NCBI GenBank assembly: GCA_023898645.1 | Contig: CP060232.1 | Coordinates: 840,001-872,000, forward strand | DNA length: 32,000 nucleotides | Source of the DNA: Candidatus Saccharimonadota bacterium | GTDB taxonomy: Bacteria > Patescibacteriota > Saccharimonadia > Saccharimonadales > Saccharimonadaceae | Reading direction: 5' to 3' | In this document: positions 14,466 through 24,000 of the stretch, piece by piece | Numbering within the stretch: the stretch's first letter is position 1 | Layout: each line of letters begins with the position of its first letter | Notes under the pieces: model-generated | Told to the model about the DNA's origin: nothing | The model's input: the letters and a program-made list of their open reading frames with translations, nothing else | Database searches by the model: none | Translations under genes and position numbers: made by a program

Positions 14466-15428
14466 ATGGCTGGCATGATAGAAAAAGTTGGAGCGGTACT
14501 TGCATCAGCAACACTACTATCCGGGTGCGGTTCAAATATAGTCAATGCTTTAAATCTGACCCCCGCATATACAGAAATCAATCTAGATAGTCTACCCGAA
14601 ACGCTGCCCGATGCCGTCACACAACAGATTCCTAACGTTGTCGCACTCACCGACAACATTCCATTCCTTTCTCAAACAGAATATTGCTCTGGAGTACGCG
14701 TAGACCAACGCGACTATTTAAGCGCGGGCCATTGCGACTACCAGCTTGCAAGTAATGCGCTAACACTTTGCGTAGACATGTCTATCAGCAGTCAATCAGC
14801 AATCACCGCAGACGGCGAATCAATCCCGGTTATTAAAAAAGCCGGAACCTTTACTGGCGACACCAGCGGAAAGGTTAACATCGTCCTCAATAACGCTCCA
14901 GAAGATGCTCTCCTTGTTGAAACGGCATACGAGCCTCTTCCTTACTCAACACCGACACACTTTAGAGATTCTTCTTCGGAAATTTCACCCGGAACGCCGC
15001 TATACCTCGTTAATTACGAGCCGACAGCAGACAATAGACTACGATCGCCCTACGCGAAAGACCTATACGCTAACGAACTACAGGCAGGCCTCAACAAACC
15101 AGCAATCTTCGGTGCTATCGCTTTAAAACAGTTTTCAGACGGCACAACTATGGCTATCGCGGGCATCAAATCATACAGCATGCCACCAGAGACTGATGCA
15201 CGCGGGGGATCAAGTGGTGGCCCCGTCTACGACGCAGCTGGCAATCTAGTCGGCACAACTATCAATCTCTTTAATTACTCGTCACTTCCAGAAGTAGAAA
15301 ACGACCTTGGCGTAACTTTCAAGAACTCTTCTAACGAAACTGGGGTTAACGTATTTCTCATACAAGACTCAACGCCATCGCTCATCGATGATCTGCAGGC
15401 GAAACAACAGCCGACCGATGGCTGTTAA
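14466..15428 (+). CDS. Lipoprotein, trypsin/chymotrypsin-like (S1-type) serine peptidase
   Basis: Lipobox ASATLLSG-C-GSN. His motif YLSAGHCDY. Ser motif DARGGSSGGPVYDAAGNLVG (GDSGGP-like). Confidence 0.7.
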   Translation: MAGMIEKVGAVLASATLLSGCGSNIVNALNLTPAYTEINLDSLPETLPDAVTQQIPNVVALTDNIPFLSQTEYCSGVRVDQRDYLSAGHCDYQLASNALTLCVDMSISSQSAITADGESIPVIKKAGTFTGDTSGKVNIVLNNAPEDALLVETAYEPLPYSTPTHFRDSSSEISPGTPLYLVNYEPTADNRLRSPYAKDLYANELQAGLNKPAIFGAIALKQFSDGTTMAIAGIKSYSMPPETDARGGSSGGPVYDAAGNLVGTTINLFNYSSLPEVENDLGVTFKNSSNETGVNVFLIQDSTPSLIDDLQAKQQPTDGC

Positions 15429-15875
15429 TTAGTCATTTTTAATTCGCAACTGCTTAGTCAGGGCAAACGTCGATAAAATACCGACAAATTCTCGTAACAT
15501 ATCCGTATCGCGTACATTGCCTTCGGTCGTATTAACATGCCAGACAAACTTCTCATTACTTGAAAGTGTCAGGTAATCAAGAGGCTCATAAAACAGTTCT
15601 TGTCCGCACGTCTCTCGCCGATCATCAGCTTCCACCACTTGGATAGGTTGACTATCTTCACGACGCACTACGAAATCCCGGCCCGCACGTTCAGTCTCTA
15701 CGACAATCCGTCGTGGATTATATATTTCGCCACTATTGATAAGTAGATTTTCATCTCTTGTCGGCACGCTTAAAGGTATGGTCGCCAAGCTCAGCTCAGC
15801 AAGGTTTTTGTGTATGTGAGTGAAGCTGTGAACAGACAATTCATAACTAGCAGCATTTTTCATAATGGATAACAT
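15429..15875 (-). CDS. Hypothetical protein (148 aa from the ATG at 15875; ORF open to a TTG at 15902)
   Basis: ORF-track frame 15429..15902. No family recognised and no SD before either ATG (15875 or 15863). The stop abuts the protease stop (convergent). Confidence 0.5.
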   Translation of the reverse strand: MLSIMKNAASYELSVHSFTHIHKNLAELSLATIPLSVPTRDENLLINSGEIYNPRRIVVETERAGRDFVVRREDSQPIQVVEADDRRETCGQELFYEPLDYLTLSSNEKFVWHVNTTEGNVRDTDMLREFVGILSTFALTKQLRIKND

Positions 15876-16012
15876 CGTGACACAATATATATAAGAAGTC
15901 AATTATGTGGGCAGATATCTATTTTATCCTTAAAATATGATATAGTAGGCTCATCGTTGCCCACATCCGTCGGGCAATCGTAGCTTGATAAACCAGCTGA
16001 AAGGCTTAAAAC

Positions 16013-16465
16013 ATGGATATGAAGCGAAGCTTTTACGTAACCGACTCGAAAATCAGTGCAGTTTCGTGGTCACACGACCTACACCCTTTGACGCGACTAC
16101 AGATCAGAATCGCGAACATCGACGGCGTTCAGAAGGTAGATGCTCCAGTTTTTTACATCGACATGGCCACTAATGATTTTGTCTGGAAGTATTCCGTCGA
16201 ACGAAAGACCACGGCGACGTGGCGCTCCATTGTGACGGCTCTTGCGGCCGCGCATGAAGATTTTTTTCGTACATGCGCACCGTCAGACTATGACGCCGTC
16301 GTAGATTTCGATGTCGATACAGCCAACTTACTAACCGGAATATACGGCAAGTTCTATCGTGCCTGCACACAATCAACCATCGATTGGCAGTCACAAGAAC
16401 CAACCGAAGACGAGCCGTACATATTAGTAGGTGAGTGCGGACACTTTGCCGTTCGACTTTCATAG
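16013..16465 (+). CDS. Hypothetical protein (150 aa)
   Basis: MDMKRSFYVTDSKISAVSWSHD... No family recognised. It is divergent from 15429-15875 across a 110-bp region with a 9-bp inverted repeat, and is followed by a terminator. Confidence 0.55.
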   Translation: MDMKRSFYVTDSKISAVSWSHDLHPLTRLQIRIANIDGVQKVDAPVFYIDMATNDFVWKYSVERKTTATWRSIVTALAAAHEDFFRTCAPSDYDAVVDFDVDTANLLTGIYGKFYRACTQSTIDWQSQEPTEDEPYILVGECGHFAVRLS

Positions 16466-16485
16466 CTGGTTCACGTCAGGCAACC

Positions 16486-16515
16486 GCCGCCCTCAGGGGC
16501 GGCCTTGTCTTTTCT
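16486..16515 (+). terminator. Rho-independent terminator
   Basis: GCCGCCC (16486-16492), loop UCAG, GGGCGGC (16497-16503), then CUUGUCUUUUCUU. Confidence 0.75.
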
Positions 16516-16588
16516 TGACAAAGTTGCTTTCTTGCATACAATTATTCGTTGTGCCATGCTAAAGAGATGGGGTGCGGCATATAAATAT

Positions 16589-18889
16589 ATGACAAAGAAT
16601 CTAGTTATCGTCGAGTCGCCAGCCAAGGCAAAAACGATCGAGAAATATCTCGGTCGTGATTTTGTTGTCTTGTCTTCTATTGGTCACATCCGCAGTATCG
16701 TCAAAAAGACCACAGACGGCACGCCGCCAATCGACGTCAAGAATGACTTCAAAACTCAATACGAAGTCGACCCAGAGAAGAAAAAAGTTATTACAGAACT
16801 AAAAAAGGCCGTTAAAGTTGCCGACACCGTCTGGCTTGCAACCGATGAAGACCGCGAAGGAGAGGCTATTGCCTGGCATCTTTGCGAAGTCCTGAAACTT
16901 GATCCTGCTACAACGAATCGGATCGTATTTCACGAAATCACAAAGACCGCCATCGAAGAGGCTGTTAAAAATCCTCGTACCGTTGATATGCATCTGGTGC
17001 AAGCACAACAAGCTCGACAAATCCTCGACCGCATCGTCGGTTTTGAGCTCAGTCCGGTCGTATGGCAAAAAGTTCCTGGTGGTAAATCTGCCGGTCGCGT
17101 CCAATCGCCAGCAGTTCGTTTACTTGTCGAACGTGAGCGCGAGATTACTGCGTTCGAAGGCTCGTTCCAGTTCAAGGTCACTGCGATATTTATGCAGGGT
17201 AAGGATGAGATAAAAGCCGAGTTACCACAACGTTTCAAAACTGAAGAACAAGCTCAACAATTTCTTGAGAGTCTGCTCGACGCCACCTTTACGGTTACTG
17301 ATATTGCCACTACGCCAGGTACACGCAATCCGACGGCACCGTTTACTACAAGTACTCTCCAGCAAGAAGCAAACTCGCGCCTCAGTTTCGGAAGCAAGGC
17401 AACCATGGCCAGCGCGCAAAAACTCTATCAAGCCGGTAAAATTACATATATGCGTACCGACAGCGTCAATCTGTCAGGGCAGGCTATTGCAGCTATCAAA
17501 GATTTCATTGTTAGCAAGTACGGCGCCGACTATAGTCAGGTTCGTCAATTTAAAACCAAGTCATCTGGCGCCCAAGAAGCTCACGAAGCCATCCGTCCAA
17601 CAGACATGGGCCTAGAACAGGGCAGTTCTAACGAATACGATCAAAAATTATACAACCTCATACGAAATCGTACACTCGCCAGCCAGATGGCACCTGCCAG
17701 GCTCGAGAAAACTACCATCACTATCTCTATCAGCTCATCAAAAGAAACATTCGAAGCTAAGGGCGAAGTAATCTTGTTCGACGGATTCCTAAAGGTCTAC
17801 GGTACAAATAAAAAAGAAGACGACATTTTGCCAGCAGTAACGAAAGGCGACTTGTTGCAATTAAACGAAGCAACCGCAAAACAAACCTTCGCACGACCCC
17901 CAGCACGATTCACTGAAGGTAGTTTGGTTAAAAAGCTCGAAGAGCTCGGAATTGGACGCCCGTCAACTTATGCAACTATTATCGATACCATCCAAACTCG
18001 TGGCTACGTACTGCGTGGCGAGGGAGAAGGCACAGAACGCGATACAATTGTCTTGTCTTTGAAAAACGATACGGTTAACAAAGAAGTGATCCAAGAAAAA
18101 ACCGGCGCCGACAGAGGCAAACTGGTACCGACTCCAGCCGGTGAATTGATTGCCGATTTTCTAGGCGAGCATTTCGAACAAGTTGTCGACTACGATTTCA
18201 CAGCCAAAGTAGAAGAACAATTTGACCAGATTGCGACTAATAAACTAGCGCGAAATGCCATGCTAAAGGCATTTTACACGCCATTTCACAAACTCATCGA
18301 ACAATCTGGCGGCATTGACCGTAGCAAAGTAGGGCAGTCGCGTACCATAGGTACCGATCCAAAGACCGGCAAGCTCATCACCGCCCGCTTTGGCCGCTTC
18401 GGTCCCATGCTACAACTTGGCGAAGCAACCGACGACGATAAGCCACAGTTCGCACCCATGCCAACTGGCGCGAAAATTGAATCCGTCACATTAGAGCAAG
18501 CTCTCGTAGCCTTTCAGCTGCCACGTCTTGTAGGCACAACCTCCGACGGCAAAGAAATCAAAGCTAACATCGGCCGCTTCGGTCCCTATATCCAAGTCGA
18601 TAAATTATTCGTGAGTATCAAACCCGAAGATCCGCACGATATCACGCTCGAAAAAGCCCTTGAACTCTACGAAGCTAAACTCAAGGCTGAAGCAGAAAAA
18701 AACATTGCCGACTTTGGTGATGGCGTTAAAGTTCTCAACGGTCGCTGGGGGCCCTATGTTACTGACGGCAAAAAGAACGCCAAGATTCCGAAAGATACTG
18801 ATCCAAAATCAATCACTCACGAACAAGCAAAACAGATGTTAGATGAAGCTCCGACCTCTAAAAAACGATTTGCGCGTCGCAAGAAATAA
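16589..18889 (+). CDS. topA: DNA topoisomerase I (type IA) with Cys-free C-terminal GxxGPY repeats and a Lys-rich tail
   Basis: Toprim LVIVESPAKAKTIEKYLG and TDEDREGEAIAWH. Active-site region GKITYMRTDS. C-terminal repeats: ARFGRFGPMLQLG, NIGRFGPYIQV, LNGRWGPYVTDG. The protein ends KKRFARRKK. The ATG at 16589 is preferred; the ORF-track start at 16505 lies inside the preceding terminator. Confidence 0.95.
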   Translation: MTKNLVIVESPAKAKTIEKYLGRDFVVLSSIGHIRSIVKKTTDGTPPIDVKNDFKTQYEVDPEKKKVITELKKAVKVADTVWLATDEDREGEAIAWHLCEVLKLDPATTNRIVFHEITKTAIEEAVKNPRTVDMHLVQAQQARQILDRIVGFELSPVVWQKVPGGKSAGRVQSPAVRLLVEREREITAFEGSFQFKVTAIFMQGKDEIKAELPQRFKTEEQAQQFLESLLDATFTVTDIATTPGTRNPTAPFTTSTLQQEANSRLSFGSKATMASAQKLYQAGKITYMRTDSVNLSGQAIAAIKDFIVSKYGADYSQVRQFKTKSSGAQEAHEAIRPTDMGLEQGSSNEYDQKLYNLIRNRTLASQMAPARLEKTTITISISSSKETFEAKGEVILFDGFLKVYGTNKKEDDILPAVTKGDLLQLNEATAKQTFARPPARFTEGSLVKKLEELGIGRPSTYATIIDTIQTRGYVLRGEGEGTERDTIVLSLKNDTVNKEVIQEKTGADRGKLVPTPAGELIADFLGEHFEQVVDYDFTAKVEEQFDQIATNKLARNAMLKAFYTPFHKLIEQSGGIDRSKVGQSRTIGTDPKTGKLITARFGRFGPMLQLGEATDDDKPQFAPMPTGAKIESVTLEQALVAFQLPRLVGTTSDGKEIKANIGRFGPYIQVDKLFVSIKPEDPHDITLEKALELYEAKLKAEAEKNIADFGDGVKVLNGRWGPYVTDGKKNAKIPKDTDPKSITHEQAKQMLDEAPTSKKRFARRKK

Positions 18890-18994
18890 CCCTATTAATA
18901 CATATTTATATTGACTTTGCTGAAATTAAGTCTAGTATTATCTTACTAGTCTCCACCTGTGAGGCTCGAATTCCCTCGAAAGGGGGTGAATAAT

Positions 18995-19186
18995 ATGAAG
19001 GTAGTCGGCACAGTAGTCGGTGTCGTCGGCGTCCTGTTGCTCGTTGCGGCAGTCGTCGTCGGTTTGCCGGTCGTCTCGTCAGCGCTTGCGCTCAGCTTCT
19101 CGACCGTATGGTCGTGGGCAACACTGCAATCGCTCGTCGGTGGCGTCCTCGGCGTGCATCTGGCCAGGTGGGGTTTCGATCACTGA
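18995..19186 (+). CDS. Small Gly/Val-rich membrane protein (63 aa)
   Basis: AAGGGGGTG RBS 6 nt before the ATG at 18995. MKVVGTVVGVVGVLLLVAAVVVGLPVVSSALALSFSTVWSWATLQSLVGGVLGVHLARWGFDH. Two hydrophobic spans. Confidence 0.55.
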   Translation: MKVVGTVVGVVGVLLLVAAVVVGLPVVSSALALSFSTVWSWATLQSLVGGVLGVHLARWGFDH

Positions 19187-19281
19187 TATCGAATTCACCA
19201 CCGCACAGACCCTAGGAAGTCAGCCCAGCTGATACTCCGATCGTCCAACCTCATAACAACTCAACATCGCCCTAGAGGAAA

Positions 19282-19330
19282 CCGCTTCGAGACAATATCG
19301 TCTTGGCATGCTCCTCGGGGCGGTTTTCAT
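19282..19330 (+). terminator. Rho-independent terminator
   Basis: CCGCUUCGAG (19282-19291) pairs with CUCGGGGCGG (19314-19323): 10 bp including two U.G pairs that are valid only on the plus strand. UUUUCAUUU follows. Confidence 0.65.
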
Positions 19331-19395
19331 TTGCTTTATTATAACGTTTATGATAAAATAACTACCAAGCCAACACTACTATCGTTAGGATAATA

Positions 19396-19662
19396 ATGGC
19401 AAGTACATTTAAACCTCGCAACTGGCGAAGCACAGGCCTCAAGATAGTGAGCAACTGTCTGTATGCGTTCGCGATACTGGCCGGTTTCGCAGCCATGTAT
19501 CCCGCATACTCTCTTTACGATCAAGTCGAACGCTCGCAATACATTGCAGCACCGGCCTCCGGACTACTGACTATCGTCATCGCCCTACTGCTTGTCGGCA
19601 TGGGATATGTCGCCGGTCAGGCATACGAGTTTCTTGAGAAAAAGCGTAACACCGACCAGTAA
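19396..19662 (+). CDS. Small two-TM membrane protein (88 aa)
   Basis: MASTFKPRNWRSTGLKIVSNCLYAFAILAGFAAMYPAY...LLTIVIALLLVGMGYVAGQAYEFLEKKRNTDQ. A strong terminator follows. Confidence 0.6.
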   Translation: MASTFKPRNWRSTGLKIVSNCLYAFAILAGFAAMYPAYSLYDQVERSQYIAAPASGLLTIVIALLLVGMGYVAGQAYEFLEKKRNTDQ

Positions 19663-19684
19663 GACACGCGAGGTCATTCATCAC

Positions 19685-19733
19685 AGCCCGCCTCATAGAG
19701 CCCATCTCTAAAGAGGCGGGCTCTATTCTTTTT
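19685..19733 (+). terminator. Rho-independent terminator
   Basis: AGCCCGCCUC (19685-19694) pairs with GAGGCGGGCU (19713-19722), then CUAUUCUUUUU. Confidence 0.8.
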
Positions 19734-19873
19734 ATATATTATAAATTTTATGCCATATTATAATGCTTTTGTTTAGTTATGCACAAAATAAACAGAGAAA
19801 TTAAAAAGTCTGAAAACATTCTTTACTTAATGCGTCTATTTCATGCTATAATCGACGAAAGTACGAAAAATGT

Positions 19874-19902
19874 TTGACATTATAAAAAATATGTTTTATA
19901 AT
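19874..19902 (+). promoter_or_regulatory. Consensus sigma70 promoter (TTGACA, 17 nt, TATAAT)
   Basis: TTGACA at 19874-19879 and TATAAT at 19897-19902. A second extended -10, TGCTATAAT, lies at 19844-19852 in the same 230-bp AT-rich leader. Confidence 0.7.
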
Positions 19903-19962
19903 GATAACAAGAACTTAATAATATCCAAATACTGAGGTGAGGCAGAGAGGACTACCCGTAAT

Positions 19963-21027
19963 ATGAGCCAGGCTCCAAGCAAGACAACTACAGAGACAAC
20001 AACCGTCGATATCGACGGTGCTGTAGAAGCAATTCTCGGTGCAATCGAACAGGAACGTGAGAGAGAGATCATCACGCGCCGTTTCGGTTTGTACGATCGT
20101 AAAGAAACTCTTGAGCAAATCGGTGAATTGCTTGGTATCACTCGTGAGCGTGTTCGCCAACTCGAAAAAGCTATCCTCGTCCGCCTAAAAATCGCTAGTA
20201 CGGAGGGTAAAATCCCTGCTGTTCAGACTGTCGAGAAGGCGATCGTTCGTGAACTAAGTGAGATGGGACGCCTAGCCACTGTCAACAACCTGGCCGACGC
20301 ACTACTTGACGGCAAAGCTACGCCACTTTCTCGTGCCCGTGTCGCATTTGCTGCTACTCTAGCGCCGAAACTAACAGTCGTCGATGAAAACGACAACTAT
20401 CGTGCCTCTGTCTGCATTGCCGAATATGGCGAAGAAAAGAAAATCCGCGAGCAAGTTGATGCTGTCGTTGCTGCTGTCAAAAAACACGGCGAACCATTGA
20501 CTATCGAGCAGCTTCATGAGCAGCTAGACCATGAACATCCGTCTCATGTACGTGCCCTTGCCACCGTTAGCAAGCATTTGTCTAACCTAAAAGACATGTG
20601 GGGCCTCAACAAATGGCCAACTGTTAATCCAAAGAATATTCGTGACAAGATCTACGTTATCTTGGCCGAAAACGGCAAGCCTATGCACTTTTCTGAAATT
20701 GCCGACTCTATCAAAGGCAGTAACTTTAGTCGCAAAAACGTCACCACCCAGGCTATTCACAACGAACTCATTAAAGACAAACGATTCGTCTTGATTGGCC
20801 GTGGCATTTACGCACTCGACACTTGGGGTTACAGCAAAGGCACAGTTGCCGATACAATTGCAGACATCTTGAAAAAGAGTAAAGAACCTCTACACCGTGA
20901 CGAAATCGTCAAGCGTGTACTAAAAAGTCGCCAAGTCAAAGAAACAACCATCTTGCTCAACCTGCAGAGCAAGCCGCAATTCAAACGAGTAGCAAAAGCT
21001 ACATACGCACTTGCTAACGAAAAGTAG
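19963..21027 (+). CDS. Sigma-70 region-4-like HTH protein with C-terminal winged-helix (HARE-HTH-like) repeats; not a complete sigma factor
   Basis: N-terminus: EREIITRRFGLYDRKETLEQIGELLGITRERVRQLEKAILVRLK resembles sigma70 region 4.2. I see no region 2. The C-terminal segments IRDKIYVILAENGKPMHFSEIADSI...FVLIGRGIYAL and VADTIADILKKSKEPLHRDEIVKRVL...FKRVAKATYAL resemble HARE-HTH/RpoE-delta N-domain repeats (from memory). Confidence 0.7.
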   Translation: MSQAPSKTTTETTTVDIDGAVEAILGAIEQEREREIITRRFGLYDRKETLEQIGELLGITRERVRQLEKAILVRLKIASTEGKIPAVQTVEKAIVRELSEMGRLATVNNLADALLDGKATPLSRARVAFAATLAPKLTVVDENDNYRASVCIAEYGEEKKIREQVDAVVAAVKKHGEPLTIEQLHEQLDHEHPSHVRALATVSKHLSNLKDMWGLNKWPTVNPKNIRDKIYVILAENGKPMHFSEIADSIKGSNFSRKNVTTQAIHNELIKDKRFVLIGRGIYALDTWGYSKGTVADTIADILKKSKEPLHRDEIVKRVLKSRQVKETTILLNLQSKPQFKRVAKATYALANEK

Positions 21028-21074
21028 CATAAGCTTGCTAACAGGGGCGTTAGGTGGGACAATGGTTAAGTAAT

Positions 21075-24000
21075 ATGGAAGTAATCTCCTGGATTATCAA
21101 TCTGATACTTTCCTGGTACGTATGGATACCAGCCGTATTAATACTTGGCTATTTGACGTGGCGAAATTATCAACAAATCGACGCCGTCAGGGCAATCGAG
21201 AGTACACTTCTTATTCTCGAAATCCCAAAGGCGAACGATAAATCCGAGCTCGCTGCCGAGCAGCTATTTGCGAGTCTGCATGGCATCCTACGCGACAAAG
21301 ACGAGCTCAAACAAACCGGCGGGATTCAAGAGCACCTTAGTTTCGAGATAGCATCGGTCAATGGCCAAATTCGTTTCTACGTCTGGGTACCGACAGCTCT
21401 TCGTAGCTTTGTCGAAGGTCAAATTTATTCACAATATCCAACCGTCCAAATTCACGAAGCCGACGAGGACTACGTTGCCCACGAGCGCGACCACAGCGTC
21501 GTCTATACGAGCGACATTACACTAACGGGCAGTGAATTTCTTCCGATAAAGACTTTCCAAAGTTTTGAGGTCGACCCCTTAGCTGGTATCACTGGTACAC
21601 TCGCCAAACTCGAAACAACCGGAGAGGAACTCTGGGTACAGGTGCTTGTGCGACCAATCGCGGATGACTGGCATAAATCAACAGAGCGCTGGATCAAGAA
21701 CGTGAAATCGGGTGGGGGAGGCTTCATGAGCGCCCTTAGCGAAGGGAAGGGATTCGACGCAAAATGGTTCCTAGGCCTACTTGAAGCATTATGGCGTCCG
21801 CCAGAACAAGGAGCAAACGGCAAGCCCGAGACTCCCGAACTTTCAGATCGTGACAAAACCCGCATCAGCGAAGCAGAAACAAAGGCAACAAAATTAGGAT
21901 ATCAAGTAAAAATCCGATTGGTGTATCTTGGTGAAAGTCAGACCAACGCCAAATTACAGATGCAGGCAATCGTAGGTACGTTTAAACAATTCAACAGTAC
22001 CAATCTTAATGGCTTCAAGATGACCAATGCCAGCTTCCGCAAAGAAGACCTAGAACGCTATCGAGCACGCTTATTTGCTGACAAAGGCTACATCTTAAAC
22101 ATCGAAGAAGTCGCCAGCGTCTTTCACTTACCGCATACCAATGTGGAGACGCCAAATATCGTCTGGGCATCTTCCAAAACCGCCGAACCGCCTGCAAAGC
22201 TACCCGTATTGACGGGTGATGATGCAATTGATGAAAACATCAGTGCCTTTGGATTGACGAATTTCCGCGGCATCAACCACCAGTTTGGCATGCTACGCGT
22301 TGATCGTTCGCGACACATGTACATCATCGGTCAAACTGGGGCAGGTAAGTCCGGCACACTCGCACTATTAGCACTCAGTGATATTTTCCATAATCAAGGG
22401 TACGCCATCATAGACCCGCACGGTGACTTTGCTGTCGACAATATGAAATTTATCCCTGCGTCACGTTTGAAAGATGTCGTTTATTTCAACCCCGCCGACA
22501 CGGCGTATCCGCTTGGGTTTAACCCCCTTGAAGTAACTGACCCCAACATGAAATCGAACATTAGCTCCGAAGTTATCGGCGTACTAGAACGTATGTTTAG
22601 CAATAGCTGGGGGCCACGTCTCGAGTATATTCTGCGGTATACCATCTTGGCCCTCCTTGACCGACCAGAGACAACCATGCTCGATATCACGCGTATGCTG
22701 ACAGACAAAAAATTCCGCAAAGAAACGCTCTCATACTGCAAAGATACCGTCGTTCTACAATTCTGGAACATAGAATTTAGTAGTTGGACAGAGAAGTTTC
22801 AAGCAGAGGCAATCGCTCCGATCCTCAACAAAGTCGGCGCCTTTACGGCTAATCCTATCATCCGTAATATCATCGGTCAGCCCAAATCAACCTTTAACAT
22901 CCGCCAGATGATGGACGAAGGCAAGATTTTAATTGTCAACTTATCGAAAGGCTTGCTCGGCGAGGACAACTCAAGTGTACTTGGAGCATTCTTGGTGACC
23001 AAGATTCAATTGGCGGCCATGAGCCGTAGCGACATCCCAAATATCGAAGACCGCCGTCCATTCTACCTGTATGTTGACGAGTTTCAGAACTTCGCGACCG
23101 ATTCGTTTGCCACAATTTTGTCCGAAGCCCGCAAATACGGCTTGAATCTAACCGTGGCGAATCAATATATTTCACAGATGAGCGAAACTGTTCGTGATGC
23201 CGTTTTTGGCAACGTAGGTACCATGATTAGTTTCCGTGTATCTGCCGACGATGCGCCAATCCTGTCTAAGCAATTCGAGCCACAGTTTGAGGCAAATGAC
23301 CTCTTGCAGATGCACAATCGAAACTTCGTCATAAACATGGTCATCAGGGGAGAGAAGGCCCCTGCCTTTAGCGCACGTACACTCCAGTTGCCACCAGCAC
23401 AAACAGACAACTCTGCGGTTATTATCGAACACACACGAGCAAACTATAGCCGTAAACGAGAAGACGTAGAGCAGGCTATCAATAATCTCATACAGCCACC
23501 GGAGCATTTGCAACGCAAAGGTCCCGGCAATCCAAAAACACCCGCCCAGGCTAAACAGTGGCCAATTGATGAAGGCGCAAAACCTGTAGCTTCGGCAACA
23601 AGGCAGCCCGCAAGTACTGAGCCAAATCGACCAAAATTCATCATAGAGACGCCACAGGGAGAAGCGGCCGTCGCTAACAGAGTCGAAACAACACCAAGGC
23701 CAACTCTAGGTCCCAAACCAGTCACTAGGGTAGAGGATGATGATAAATCCAAGGAAGTACCACCAAAATCTGCTGATGAACCAAAAGAAGAGCAACCCGT
23801 AAAGAAAAAACGCACCCGTAATCGTCGCAAAAAATCTCAAGCAAAAGAAGCCGACGACAACCAAAAAGACGACGCTAGCAAGAACGCAAAGACCGAGCAA
23901 ACGTCAGAACCAAAACCTGACACACGCGAACGTGAAAAGAAATCCGATACGCAGCCAGAACGTAAACAAAGCCGAGCCGACGAGCGGCAGCCACGAGTCG

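Noticed and set aside
16505-16588. N-terminal extension of topA in the ORF track (start at 16505)
   Set aside because: It begins inside the preceding terminator U-tract. The canonical Toprim N-terminus MTKNLVIVESPAKAK starts at 16589.
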